Of a DNA stretch of 64,000 nucleotides, positions 1 through 13,745 are shown piece after piece; position 1 is the first letter of the stretch, and each line of letters starts with the position of its first letter. The DNA is from Takakia lepidozioides. Its lineage: Eukaryota; Plantae; Bryophyta. The DNA is taken from positions 17,794,001-17,858,000 of the forward strand of contig CM060731.1 in NCBI GenBank assembly GCA_030704615.1, written 5' to 3'. The position numbers were made by a program, and so were the translations under genes. The notes under the pieces are model-generated. The model had not been told where the DNA came from. It did no database searches and worked only from the letters and a program-made list of their open reading frames with translations.

Positions 1-636
1 CAAGGATATTTCAGCCATAGCCTTGTGCAATTATGAAGAATCAGCCACAGTTCAAATCGACCCAGTAGCGATGTCTTTTGGGTGCTACACATGGTTAGCT
101 TTCAACTTTTGGCAAGTCTGGTTTATCCCATGAATTTTGGTTTGAATGCTAGGAGCCAACTATATTTTGCCGGGATTTTTAACCTAATTTCAACTTCTTT
201 CTGTTGTTCATGTCAATGGAAATCCGACCTTATCAAAACTGATACCATGAATTCTTTCCTCTGCAAATCAGGACTTGAACTTATTGTTGTTTGACAACAT
301 AGGAGAGGAATTAAATATGTCAGTGACAACAACGGCGAGGATAAAGGTGAACTCAGTTTACTCCCACAAGCCTTACCAGATTTGCAAATCTCCACCAGTC
401 AAAATGTGAAGTTGGTCAGCAGAGGGCTAATTCCTGCCAGTATGTCTCTTCCTGTGAGATGAAACCATAATGATCGATAAGGCAGCTCCTAATTGGCGGT
501 GACTATTGCCGCCCCATGAGAACTACCCAATGTTCCAACTACTTTGCCCAGCCAGGGCAAGAGAGGGGAGGGAAGAGTCGCTACCAGGAATTTCTTGACA
601 GAGCTAGCTGCTAGCCCATACTCCAGAGCATATAAT

Positions 637-716
637 CAGGCAACTAAGCAAAGGTCAAGCCTGCATCATATCCATACCTCAGGCAACTAAGCAAAGGCCA
701 AGCCTGCATCATATCC
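637..716. repeat. 37-bp direct duplication (period 43)
   Basis: caggcaactaagcaaaggYcaagcctgcatcatatcc occurs twice. Confidence 0.85.
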
Positions 717-864
717 GAACCCCAGCTAGCAGTGCACACATGCTTTGCTTTGCTGTCTTTGTGATGCTTGTGCTGATCACTTGTATCATACCGTCTGGAA
801 GAGGCATCTTTCGAACTCTTGCCAGTTTGGGGGTTGGAACAAAGGCCAAGGTTTGCACATTGGG

Positions 865-3800
865 TTACCGTGCAATCTGATAGGCCTTCGTCTTTTGACA
901 TTCCTCACAATCCCAATCCCCTTGTGGTACTGCGTCAAACCGCCTCTGCATACAATAGCTGCCCCACGCATGCAAGTGAGGGTATGGTAGATTTGGGCAG
1001 CTGTGTTTACACCCACTTACCCATGTCAATTGAAGGTGTTCAAGGGCCCATGCACAATCCACATTACAGATCATCATCCCAACCAAAAGTGTACTACCCA
1101 CCAAGAAATGTATCCCAAGCTTACATGTGTTCCGCACCCTCATTACATGTGCTGCAAACAGCAAGAACCTCCTCATAGCCAGAGTTCCCACAAATATCAC
1201 ACACTTTAACCTGCTAACCAGAACAAACCCAACAACCAATGACTGCTGTGTCAGGTGAGAATAAAGTCTTCCCCAGGTTCTCCAAAGAGGTGCTAACTAT
1301 GACAATGTTACACATACACTTCCTGTAAGAACATTCGTCAGATGAGAAAAGCATGACTCGTATGTGTACTTTGTGTTTGTGAGATGAACTGGCTAGAATG
1401 AACCTGCAGCCAAATTTCCTCAGAGATTCTCTCTGAGATTATTGTAAACTTGGCCTAAATTGCGGAAAACCACTTGTTTACATTGACTTTCAGTCAACAT
1501 ATCTAAGTATCTATGGCCACTTGCAGCCACTTCCTGGATGAGTGCAACGAAGCAGATAACAGGTGTAGAAAGGGGATTTGCCACCCACTGAATTGGTAAT
1601 TGGTACATCCCATATAATCTTTCTACACCTGCTGTCTCGTTATCATCTCAAGTGGAGATGGTACAAGGCAATCCACTCAGAATAGTTTGCAAATCCAGCA
1701 GTAGCTTTGGACGGTTGAGCATGGAATTGGCGCTGACAACTACAGATGTAGAATCCTTGATGCCTCTTCCAAGACAATAGCTTCACCACTTTGTATCCTC
1801 AGAGGACAACCTAGCAAAGACGGAGTTCGGCATAAGGTCCTCAGAGAGGGAAATAGAGAACACTCTGATTACTCAGGAAGCTGGGCTTGCTAGGGCAGTT
1901 GGGCCCAAAGGCCTCACCTCCGATGGGGCATCCATGACCTGTTGAGCTCTTCTAAGGACAACAGGTTCTGCTGGTTGAAGAGAGGACTTGATATGGTTCT
2001 TCTCAACTCGATGTGAAGGAGTCCATGTTGTATCCCCATCCTCACCTCTAGCCCCATCAACAGCATTGGCAAGCCCACACTCTTGATGTGAATCTCTGGC
2101 AACCTTTGCAGAAGCCGGGTCGATTGTAGGATCAGAGAGGATCAGAGAGCAACAAATCGCCATTCATTAAAGATCCAGTTTTGGAAACTTCAGAAGTCCG
2201 CCCTCTTCCATTGTATGTACTGGGTCCATTGATCTTGCTGAAAACCTCCAGAACAACTCCAAAAGATGTATCCACTGCTATTTCCTGTGGGCAACTGTCA
2301 TCATCATGATTTGCAACAGATACCCGTGCCGATGCTTTCTCCTCAATGCTCCTGATACCACTTGCTTTTAACCTATTTATTTCATCGGTTCTACAAGTTA
2401 CCTTAGGTGTAGTTGGTTTTTCTACATCATAGACTAGAGAATTGATATTCTTACTGTACATTCTTCTGCGCATGACAGGGGAGTACACTCTTCTGCCAAG
2501 AAGAAGCCTGCCTCGCTTGCTATACTTGGCAGACTTGGGAGTCAAGCCAGCCTCTGTCATGTTGGACTTATTGGTATCTTCACCCAACGTGTCCACCTCA
2601 CATGATCCCCTTGACACCTTCTCATTATGATCACCTTTTGATGATTTAATGTCCAACATGACACTTTCTTCTTCTTGTATGACATCCAGTAACCCTAGAG
2701 TGTTGGCTCTATTCACTTCCCTAGAGCCGGACATGTTCTTCTCCTTGCTATGGTTCACACTATCAGCAGGAGTCCCCATAAGGGCCTCGCTTCCAGCAGT
2801 TTGGGCTAGTGCTTGCACATTGCTAGACACCTTGCACCGACCACAACACCAAACATCACCAGGATCGATGTTCTGCACAGCCCACAAGATTCTTTCATAT
2901 TACAGCACTTTCTACATGGTCAGGAGTCTAGGTGACATTGTTACCCAGGAGCACAAAGAAGACCTTTCGGTCTACTGCGGGTTGACTAGCACCAACGCTA
3001 GAGGGCTGAAGGTGCAACAAGCAGAAGCTACCCTATTAGGCATTCAGTAGCAAAAGTGATCTTAAAATTCGAAGTTGTATGGGGAATTGCGTGAGATCTT
3101 GTGATATCGGCAAACTAGTATGAAAGAAGCAGAGGTTCATGTGAGGTCAGAGTCAGAGTCTACAAAGGTACCAAGAGAGGAACAAAAGTGTACTCGCCCA
3201 ACATGCACAGAATGCCTTAAGGAACTTCCCATCCTGGTCCTCTTCTATGAAGGATAGTCCTAGGTCTTCCCTGGAAACTGACAGTGCTCTAAAGCTGAAG
3301 TTCACACATGCCCACCTTGGCAAAAGTAATCCAGCTGGGAGAAGGGTGGGCACGATGTTGAAGATGGTGGACATTTTCTGACGTATTCAATGGTCAATTT
3401 TCGGATTGAAAGATCCTCCTCACTGAGAGAATTTAACAACTGCCACTGTACTACATTTTGCTGATATCAAGAAGCTCAAGCTACAGCCCTCCTTTGATCC
3501 GTAGTCTGAAGTGGATGGTATTAAAGCTCTCTCAAAGAAAATCTGGAAGGCAAGAATAGACTACATCTCTAAAGGTAGGTACCAATACTGAAGTGAGCCT
3601 TCCCAGTTGAGCCCCATTCTGCTCTCCTCCCGTTCCCTCACTTCCACTCCGTCCCTTTTCTGCTCCAAATGGGTGGGATGAGCAAAATCTCGTGACTGCT
3701 CACCCTCCCACCCCACCTCCCATCCAGAATATTCATGTTGGGAAAATCGTGGGCATGTCTTGCATTTGTGGAATTTCTCCCAGAGGCTGCCACCATATGA

Positions 3801-4520
3801 TATCCATAAGTGAGAGGGCCCATTTGAGTGGACTCAAATGAGAAGAGAAGACCTTCTGAAGATCCTGGTGCCCCCTTGTCCTGGGAACACAAATGGGGTA
3901 AGGCACCTGTCTATAGGACCCTTTCTGCCTAACTTTACGCCAACTTATACTAAATCTCACAGCCATTGCATTAGGCAAAAATTGGCATCCTGGAGGATTC
4001 ATATCTTGTGGGACTAAGCTCTTCAGATACAGTGGAATTACACATATCTGGGTGTACTTGTCCTTGCATCGTTCATCACATGACCAAGAGCTAATGTCAC
4101 CAGAGGCATAGCAGTAGTCTTGAAACTTCAAAGCCAGCTGCATACCAAACACATTCAGAAGTCTTTTCCATTTGACAGCTGTATAGGCATTTAGGGGCCA
4201 GGGCTCAGAGTCTGCATAGAATAGAAATGTGGAGCCCTTGAAGACCTCTTTCCAAGCAAAATGATTGGAGCACAGAGCACTACATGATCTTGAATTGAGA
4301 TCTAGGCCTTCTCCAGGATCATCTTCATACGACAGGCTCAAATCACAGCCAGACCATTGGCTGCCAGCAAGAGCACTTTCATACCTCCCAGAAATCAGCC
4401 CACACAGGCTCACAGACTCACGCGCTCAACTGGATAGGCCATTTCCTATACAGACATAGATTTTGCATGGAAAGGTTGCTATACCCCCAGGCAACCTCAA
4501 AAAGCAGGACAGGAACAGGC
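865..4520 (-). pseudogene. Degenerate PHD-finger / AIPP2-like chromatin protein fragments, apparently duplicated modules
   Basis: PHD C-terminal half SYCMQRRFDAVPQGDWDCEEC at ~890-960 and a second decayed one, NIDPGDVWCCGRCK, at ~2830-2875. A weak SPOC-like segment FLFYADS...WKRLLNVFGMQLALKF lies at ~4120-4240. Many stops and frameshifts. Confidence 0.45.
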
Positions 4521-7341
4521 TGATCCTCTGGAAGATCCATGAATCAGTACCTGGGGCCAATGCCTGTGCTCACCTGAATACTCCAGTTCACAAGAATAAC
4601 TTCCTTACCATCCCAGGAAACCATTTCCTCATGCCATAATACTTGTCCCCAATAATCTCCAGATCACTTACCAGGGCTTTGGGGACTTTTTGAGTCAGCT
4701 AAAAACTAATCAGGCAGATAGATCTAACATACCCTGTGAGGCAAACACACTAAATGATAAGATTACAGGAAGATACTAGTGTCACTAAGAGACCACTCAT
4801 TGCTGCAGAAGCTTCTACTTCACAAGATCAGAAATGTCTGGCAACCTACATTCTCGTTTTTGTGCAGTGGTTTAGGCCTCATTTCTGATTGTTCTGTACC
4901 CTGACATATCTTGGTCCCATAATCTTTTAGGGGTTTCTGTATACATGATATTCTTTCTTCTCTGTGTCAGACACACACTCACACATGCAAGTGGTAATGT
5001 AAAAAGAAAGCCAGTATGAAGAGACAAAGCCACAGAGACAAGGAAATTGAGAGGTGCAAAAAGAAATGCAGTGAAGCTAACATGTCTGACAAGTACTACC
5101 TATTGGAACAGGAATTACATTTGCTAGAGGTTCTAAGGAGATGGCATGGGAGCCCCGTTCACCTGCCACAAGCAGAAGAAACATTACATTGGAATTCCAG
5201 TTACTGCTTCCACAACTCAAGGGTACTTTCCAGTCCATGAACACCACCGGCCAAGCTATGCCTGAACATATCACAAACGAAGGACTAATGGTAATCTACG
5301 ACCAGTGCCATTTCTGGCGGGCATACAACCAGGCTAAGTACCCCCGATCCGACTCATTGAATTTGAGACATTGAAGACTGCCCAGATCAGTAAGCCACCC
5401 ATAACAACAATTCATTATAGACTTGCATTGCTTTGCATATGGTTGCCTGTATTGATTTCTACCAAGTTTTGAAACAATTGTACCAAAAGTGAGTAAAACC
5501 TACAAGGGTTCATGTCTTGAGGCTGAGCTCCCGGTGTTGTTGATATCTCGCATTTGACAGACACCTATATGAAGGAAATCAGGCATGATGTGCTTGAAAC
5601 CAAACAAAAGCTCTTCATTGAAACAAGATGCTGAACAACTGTATAGCATGAATTGGCTGATGAACAGTGTGCCTTTGCCTTAATGTTGCAACCCACGAAT
5701 TTCACTGCTTTCATGTCAACCGTGTGAACAACCAAGCATTGTACTATACCTCAAACACGCCCGGCCCCCTCATACGCACATTTCCAGCCAGGACAAGAGA
5801 GGGCTACATCACAATCCCACCCATTTTGGCATGAGGAACCCAGAGAGATAAAAGCTTTTGAGTAAAGAAATCTAAAGACACGACAACAATGCCCAAGGGG
5901 AAAATGAAGATAGAGAGAATCAGTGCACATATGAAAGATATGTTGCCTGAAGGGATCCTATGAAACAATACAATGCAATGCATCCCGCAATCAAGAACAT
6001 TGCAACGTGTGGTCTTCTAGCAGATCTAATCTGTGGAAGTGAAATGAGTACAACCCGTGAGTGTCCCAACCCCACCCCCATAAAAAGCTTGGACACATTA
6101 CAAGTGACAGGATTGAAGCAAAAGCCATGGGCGATGTCAATTAGTCTGGTGATGAGAAGATGGAGGAAGGTGTTGCTGCAGACAAACCTAATTTCGAACC
6201 ATTGGGCGTCAGGATAATTTTAGGATAATGACAGGTAGTGAGGAAAGGGAAAAGGGAGTCCAGCATTCATGCCTTCAGATGTTTCGATGTAAGAGAAGCA
6301 TGAACCGAAAGAACAGGGTGATAAAACGCCATTGGTTGAACCAAGCAAACCCAGAAACAACGTAGTAACACTCCAACAAGGATGCAATCTTCAGATCTAC
6401 TTAGTGCCGATGTGAAGGGGGTATTCCAAAAGGAGTGGAATGAGAGGAAATAAAGAAAGCGCCATATGAAATGCGAAATTGAGAGGTCAAATACCCTGGG
6501 CTTGTAAATCCTTCGCTTCTGTTGCATCAGCTCATCGAGTTTCTTTTTACGCTGTTTCTCCATAGCTGCTGGGTGCTAGTTGTACGTGGATGGCAAGGGC
6601 CTTCGCACTGGAAAACACGTCCGGATCTCCTGCATCTATGTAGAGCCGTCAACCGCCGCCGACCATACTCCTGCACCATTTTCATGCAGTACCATTCAAT
6701 GTAACTACCAAAGTTGAGGGAAGAGAAATGGGACCCAAATGCAACAAATGCAGGGAAGTGCGCGAGCTCCCAATCTCCAATCAACACCTCAAATTACATG
6801 ATCATACGCCTCAATGTCTTGCGCTAAGAGCTAAATGTCACCAATGCAAAGATTAGGGAAAAGATCCAACTCACCACGACTAGTCTGCCATGGCTCCTTG
6901 CTGTCTTGCACTCGAAGACAGATAGACCGCTGCAAGCATCCACTTCCGCACCTTCTTACAAAAATCAATCCCGAATGCCGCCGAGACAATCGGCAATCCT
7001 TCATCGTATCAAGACCCACAGGCACGCAAGGTGTGAGGTACTTGTACTGGCGGGGCAGCTGGCCTGCGTGTAGCTGGACGACAGGGAATGGGCGATGGGC
7101 CCTCGCAGGTCCGCGCACTCAGAGAGAAAATCCCTCGTTGCAACTTCTTGCCAATCAACTAAAAGGAATTTCTTGAGATATGACCCCCCATTTCTACATC
7201 TTTCTTGATCCCTCCCGGGAATTCATCAGTTCTTGAGATTCTGACTCTTCCAAATCGGATTGCACTGAATTTCCTACATGGGTATAACTCTATATTGACC
7301 TGCACGGCTAAAAGTCCCTGCAAACTCTATATTTTTGGGTG

Positions 7342-7983
7342 GGAAGATAATAGGGATAATGTAAGAACTTAATGCACACTTGCAACCTCTGACAGGATGG
7401 TACGCCGGTTTCCGGCATGTCAAATCTTCCCCACCCTCTCTTGAGAGTGACATGGAACTGAAGGAATGTCAACTCCAGTGGGGGTTACACGAGGAGGTGT
7501 GTAACTCCACTTGGGGTTACATCAGGTTACACGACGAGGTGTGTAACTCCACTTGGGGTTACATCGGGTTACACGACGAGGTGTGTAACTCCACTTGGTT
7601 ATACATCGGGCTACACGAGGAGGTGTGTAACTCCACTCGGGGCTACACGAGGAGGTGTGTAACTCCACTCGGGGCTACACGAGGAGGTGTGTAACTCCAC
7701 TCGGGGTTACACAGAATGGAGTGTAACTCCGATATGTGTAACCCACATTTGGTCTCGAAATTTGACTAAGTCCAAATGTGGCTAGGTATAAAATGGACTA
7801 ACCAGAATTACATGAGAAACCAGGGTTACAAAGGGTTACACCTATTGGACGGTTACATCAACGGGGTTACACTACAAGAGCCTCCCATCAAGAATCGATC
7901 CCGCATCCTCGCCGTCTGCAATGCTATCACCTTACCATCACACTACCCACCGCTGCTTGAAACCCACTTGGATTCTTAAGTAC
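7342..7983 (+). mobile_element. Truncated, internally deleted copy of the Mutator-like element at 14234-15585 (left TIR only)
   Basis: Starts with the same TIR (ggaagataataggRataatgtaagaacttaatg). Matches 14234-14690, then jumps to sequence matching ~15375-15455. No right TIR. Confidence 0.8.
7480..7730. repeat. Tandem minisatellite of 31/42-bp units with internal hairpin GTTACAC-N8-GTGTAAC
   Basis: About 7 units of gggYtacacgaSgaggtgtgtaactccact, versus about 3 units in the 14.36-14.49 kb copy. Confidence 0.9.
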
Positions 7984-8280
7984 TAGGGCTTCGCGTTGCT
8001 CCGCACTACTAGCGACGAATTCTGAGAACTATGTGCAATTTTTCACAAAAAAAGGGGTGAGTCATCCCCACGGTGTTACATGCAGAGATCCCATGTTTTG
8101 TTTTTTTCTGGAAGAAAAATGGCGGATCTGCATTTCAACAGTCAATTTTCACAAGCCGCATCAATCAATAACAACATACCCAAATACCCTTACATTCACT
8201 GTATGAACTTTCAAGCATCCACCATGGGATTGGATCTTGGTGGGTTAAGGCTAGCTTTTGACAATAATCATGCAAGTTCA

Positions 8281-9250
8281 TCAAGCACCAAGCAAAGTCC
8301 CCCAGACTGTAGCAGCTGGTTCGCTTGGCATTTTCTTGATGAGGTCCTCTGCCTCATCCACATGCCCTGCACGGCCTAGAAGGTCCACCATGCAACCAAA
8401 ATGCTGGTCTGTGGAAGTCAGGCCATGAGCTTGACTCATAGAATCAAAGTAATGACTGCCTTCATCTACTAGTCGCGCATGGCTACATGCAGAGAGAACA
8501 CATATAAAAGTGATACCATTCGGCTTCAACCCTTCCTGTTGCGTTTGTTCCAATAGTTGCAGGGCCACCCTACCACACCCGTGCTGAGCATATCCTGCAA
8601 TCATAGCACTCCATGAGACCACATCTCGTTCAACCATGTTGTCAAACACTGGCTATGCATTCTTTATATCCCCGCATTTGGCATACATGTCAACAAGGGT
8701 ACTTTCCAAAGTGAGTGTTGGCTCAATTCCAGCTTTGATAATGTCAGCATGGATTTCTGTGGCCTTTTCCAGGGCTGCCAGGCTGGCACAGGCGTTGAAA
8801 ACAGAAACAAAAGGTACCTGGTTGGTGTCACCCCTTCCCATATCATTCGCTCATATGTCTCCAAAGCCTCCCTACCAACTCCATGCTGGGCATATCCTGA
8901 AATCATTGCACTCCAGGAGAGCACATCTCGTTCAGCCACCAGGCTGGCACATGCATTGAGAACGCACACAACCGTTACCTGGTTGGGCATAACCCCTTTC
9001 TGTTTTGCTCATAGATCTCCAAAGCCTTTTTACCACATCCAAGCTGAGCATATCCTCCGATCATCGCACTCCATGAGACCACATTTTGTCGAGCCATATT
9101 GTCAAACACTAGATGCACATCTGTCATGTTCCCAAATTTGGCATAATGTTGGCAAGGGCAGTTTCCAGGACGATATTTGGCTCAATTCTGGCTTTGATAA
9201 TATCAGCATGGATCTTTTTGCCCTTTTCCAGGTCTGCTAGGCTGGCTCAT
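8281..9250 (-). pseudogene. PLS-class PPR pseudogene fragment ending in the E1 motif
   Basis: DVVSWSAMIAGYAQHG, TLVDMYAKCG and HFGCMVDLLGRAG...VWGTLLGA*. In-frame stop at ~8652, frameshifts, no 5' end. Confidence 0.9.
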
Positions 9251-9404
9251 GCATCGAGAACAGAAAATCCAAGCACCATGTGTTTGGAAGTTGGCAATTA
9301 GGTGTGGCTTCAAATGTGTGGAAAACATGTCCAATAATGCACAAGCTACTAATATTGTGATAAACTCATCTGAGCAGCTGTAAAAGACAAGCCAATATGA
9401 GCAC

Positions 9405-9510
9405 TCCTTACCCATTGGATCATAGTGTGGCCCGCATCCTTAAGGAAATCATCTGAGGGCCGCTTTCCTGTGAGAATCTCCAGGAGCACCACACCAAATC
9501 CGTACAAGAT
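9405..9510 (-). pseudogene. Receptor-like kinase subdomain IX-X fragment
   Basis: YGFGVVLLEILTGKRPSDDFLKDAGHTMIQWVR matches the plant RLK motif DVYSFGVVLLE(L/I)LTGKRP; isolated fragment. Confidence 0.75.
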
Positions 9511-9681
9511 GAAAAAACTTACATTATGAAACCACCACTGTGAAGCATCTGAGAAAAACTCCAGCCAGAGCTGTTTGTTGCTCATTGCTTGATCTGCATG
9601 CAGAAACTACAAGAGCATGCGAGCTCTGTCATTTCCCTTACTCCGAGGAAAATCCTGGTGGCATTACCCCCTAAACACATT

Positions 9682-10370
9682 TTATTCAGCCGTATTCTCA
9701 AACACATCAGGCACATACCCAGCCTCCTTCATCTGCCCAGACAATCTGCTCAGCGCAGCATGGATTTCCTCAATCTGTGGATGCATTTTGTCATCCACAA
9801 TGAATGTATGCACTTCGGTGTTGACCTCAATGTAGCTGCGACCTGGCTCCTTCTGCACACCTCTGGCCTTCATCATTTTCCAAACTGATGTGGCATCGTC
9901 CCACCTGCCAGCTGCAGCATGGATGTCTGATAGCAACACATAAGTTGCAGCATCCTGTTCATCCCACTTGAGGATAGATGTTGCCGCACGTTCAGCCATC
10001 TCCACATTGCCATGGATTCTGCAGGCACCAAGCAAGGCCTTCCACACCGCAACATCTGGATTGATTGGCATTTTATTAATCAGGTCCACTGCCTCATCTA
10101 GTTGTCCCGCACGTCCAAGAAGGTCCACCATGCAGCCAAAGTGCTTTACTGTCGGAGTAACACCATGATCTTGACTCAGGGAATCGAAGTAGTGTCTTCC
10201 TTCATTCAGTAGGCCAGTGTGGCTGCATGCAGAGAGAACACATATAAAGGTGATACTGTCCGGCTTCAAGCCGTTCTTTTACATTCCTCCAAATAGTTGC
10301 AGGACCTCCCTATCCTGCGATCATCGAATTCCCACGACACCACATTTCGTTCAGTCACATTGTCAAATAC
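9682..10370 (-). pseudogene. PPR L2-S2-E1-E2-E+ fragment truncated early in the DYW domain
   Basis: HFGCMVDLLGRAG, VWKALLGACRIHG, PG box KEPGRSYIEV, MKEAGYVPD, then unrelated sequence. No HxE..CxxC deaminase motif. Confidence 0.9.
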
Positions 10371-10690
10371 TCCCTTTGCCCCTCTAATCAAGGTCATTGC
10401 GAATCATATTCACTTTCATCTTCAAGCTCTGGAGAAGATCCACCACCCACACCAGAAATATGACAGCACTCTAATTTCCTTCCACTATCACCAGAGACAG
10501 TCAAAATCCCCCCTTCACTAACTACCTGTAGACCCCGCTACTGTTTCATGTGGATCTATGGTACAGAAATGCGCCCCTCAACAGTACATCATGGCCATTA
10601 TTCTCAGGAAATGGTGGATGAATTGAGTAGCTACACAGATCAAAGAATGAAGCAAGGCATCCGCACCATTCCAACAAACAAGACATCGTT

Positions 10691-10786
10691 TCACCAGTAA
10701 TCCCTACAAGAACAAACCCCATCTTCAAAGTGGTGAAAGCGGTTAGTGTCCCATACAACAATTGCTCGGCCAACAATCTTTGAGAC
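10691..10786 (-). pseudogene. Detached C-terminal tail of a DYW deaminase domain
   Basis: Manual translation gives [31 protein letters not shown] (not in the ORF track). Confidence 0.9.
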
Positions 10787-11732
10787 CAAATGTACTGAGA
10801 GGCTTTATACACAGGATTGAAAAATTTCTTGCTCTCATGAGTCTTCAAAATGGTAGATACATTCGGCGCTTATGGCCCCTCTCTAGTCCCTGATGGTGAT
10901 TTGTAGGCCTACCCTCCACAAAAGGATATGCAAGACAATCGCAGAAAATCATCTTTCCAAAGAAAGGCAGGGCATGACTGCTGAGCCATGGGAGGATGCT
11001 GTTTTGAGTGTCTCATCAAACTTCCAATGTAGGAATAACATAATGTAATCGTCCAGTGGGTGGGAGAACCCATGGCCAGCAGATGCATGCATTGAGTGGG
11101 AATGATCTTGGAATAAACAAGAGTATGCAATTCTCGTAATACCCATTGTAGGCAGGTCATGTTTGTCCCATATGGTCACTGCAAGAAGTCTTTGATCAAT
11201 GTGCACGCCCCACTGCACAAGCAATCCACCACATGCACATCATAAATTGAGCTTGCACCCACAAGAGAGCAGGCTCTTGATTTTCACCGCAGTCCCTGTG
11301 AGAGACATCTGGGTCTGCAGGTCTTTCAACTTACATTTAACATGCAAGTCCTTCAACAAACATGTTGCAAAACTGAAGTGTTAGCTTGTAATAATTGATG
11401 TGCACACTTAATTTGGTCCACAGCATGCCCTTAGATATGAGCATCCTGGGTGGGACAGGCCACCTATGTCTACCTATTAGCCCCCCAATAGACAAAAGTG
11501 GAAAGTGTCAGTCCTCACCTCATGAAATGTTTTCTGCCTCAGTGATGCCAAACATTGAAGTTTGTCAACCAACCCACCATTTACAGCAGAAACTGGACAT
11601 GGATCATGATTTTCATTATGCTTTTAAAACCAACATTCTGTTGAGGTGGTGACCCCCTGTCCCAAGGCATCAATGTTTTGCTTCCTGCTATGTTGGAGCT
11701 CTGATTTTTGTAGTCCACAGCTGGCGCTCCCA

Positions 11733-12935
11733 TCTTATGTTAATTCTTCGCAATGACAGATCACCAGTTCCTCCCATGGAGACCTTCTTGACAGGTTGTG
11801 CCATCCCAAATACCTTCCAAAAGCGAAGTGTCTCATCCGCAGCAGCGGGGACTACCATTGTTCCATCAGGGCTCTACACAAATTACAGCACTAAAATCAT
11901 GAGAAAGTCACAAACATAAAAGTAATTCACTCAATTTCAACAAACGATGGCAATGACGATGTTGGACCGTCAGTGGCATTATGGATCCACATGTGCATTT
12001 TTGAGCCAGAGCTGCAACATTGCTCCTCTGAACCCTAGAGTAGTACAAACGTAAGTGTAATATGAAATGAAATTCTGCAAATTGTCATCTTTGGAAACAC
12101 TAGAATGTCAACAGAAAGAAGTCTTAAAACCTGGGCAAGATGGAGAACACGGGCAGTGTGACCAGTGAGTTCAGCATTTTGGCCATAGATGGATACTTCC
12201 GCAAGCACAGTTGATTCTGGCTGAACCCATGGCTGCTCAGTATCTCCTTTTGATGCCGGTTGCATTGCAACACACCTGAGTGCACAACCCAATGTTTGAC
12301 CACCAGACCTAGATCAACAATAGTAACCTTGTGTGATGCAGAACATCTTCACATTATGCCATCCTAACTTGCTCATGCAGTTCAGACATCACCAACTGAA
12401 TTTAGAGGAACATATATAATACAGTTTTTCAAACATCTCATTTTCAGTCATAAGAAACTACATACGGTGCACTAAAACTTTCTCATTACACGAGAAATGG
12501 GACAGTGGAATTAATAATATCACATCGTACAATGTAAAGCTAGATTTTTTTACTATTCTTCAAGGAAGTATCGATCTCATCGGCAAACCATCAACCTGGG
12601 AATGAGTGTCGACACGGTTGATACAGGCACCTGTCTGCGTGTTCCAAAATTTAATACAGCGATCAGCAGTACCCACTCCAGACACTCCAGACGCGAGTAA
12701 GTTGGCCTGGAAGGGGCACTAGGCAAGTGCTTTCACAGCTGCTTGGTGGTCGTCCAGCCTGTGTAGATAGACTGCTGACTCAGGTGATGATGATGTGACA
12801 GCTGCATCCCAAATGTGGAGCAAGTTGTCATTGCCTCCACTTGCTAGCTGTTGGCCTGACGGTGACCACTTGAGGCCACACACCTCCTGATTGTGCCCTA
12901 TCAGACGGGAGGTGACATGATCTCTCACCCGTAAT
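11733..12935 (-). pseudogene. CDC20: CDC20 (APC/C activator, WD40) 3'-half pseudogene, 3 exons
   Basis: Exons ~12935-12596, 12275-12131 and 11873-11733 give [64 protein letters not shown]...DETLRFW and an IR tail. Stop at a conserved Trp, frameshifts, TGG where the stop should follow IR. Confidence 0.92.
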
Positions 12936-13524
12936 GCCAATTCAAAACACACTCTTTAGCGCGTCATATTTTGAAGGAAGACATGTCTGCAGTATCCATT
13001 TAAGCCTCTTTCTCCTTCTGGTACTTTCAGTAATCTCCACTGCCTTCAAAGTTCCCCGTCTGAATGCTCAGTTAGTTTTTTATCCTTGAATGTGTCTGTG
13101 ACAACCATTGTTGAGTTTCGGGAACATCTCACTCCATCAGAAAAACATTGTTATGCTGATCAGCATACTTTGTATCACTTCTTGTTGATTCCTTACCCCA
13201 AACTTTCTCTGCCTCACAGAAGCTATTCAATGCTTGGAAAAGGGCCCAAAAGCAAACAACCTTACCATCATGATTGATGATGTGGCTGTCACGGCCAAAA
13301 CACGTTCACAAGCCTAAACAAGCAAAATGATGTGATCTGCGGAGCCTTTGCACGAAAACCGAAGCTGATCGAATGAGGGAAAGGCCACGGTTTGCATTGA
13401 GCAGCGAGACTGTTGAGAGCTTGCAAGGTGCACGATGGCTGAAAACGAGAGCTCCCTGCAGTTCAAGAACTTCAAGAACCGGGCAGTCCGGGCAATTCCA
13501 AAACAACTTGGCGCTTTGGGGTTT

Positions 13525-13745
13525 CTCGCACGGGCAATCAGGGCAGACTCGACAGAATTTGACGACGAAACGTGGCTACAAAAACGTGGCACTTTGGCAC
13601 CCTATTCCTGCTCTACGCTAAACTAGCTTCCGACCTTTCGTCGTTGCTAGAACTAGGGCTTCATGTTGCTCCGCACTACTAGCCACGAACTCTGAGAACT
13701 ACCTTCAATTGGTACAAAAAAGGGTGGGTCATCCCCATGACAGGG
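13525..13745. repeat. Dispersed repeat family, also at ~7982-8070 and ~19640-19778
   Basis: Shared blocks ggcaccctattcctgctctacgctaaactagct and actagggcttc..gttgctccgcactactagc.acgaa.tctgagaacta. Confidence 0.75.

Noticed and set aside
4900-7200. Short ORFs such as MEKQRKKKLDELMQQK
   Set aside because: No recognisable family and no supportable gene model.
7480-7730. CRISPR-like palindromic repeat array
   Set aside because: No unique spacers, no cas genes, eukaryotic context, and it lies inside a MULE.
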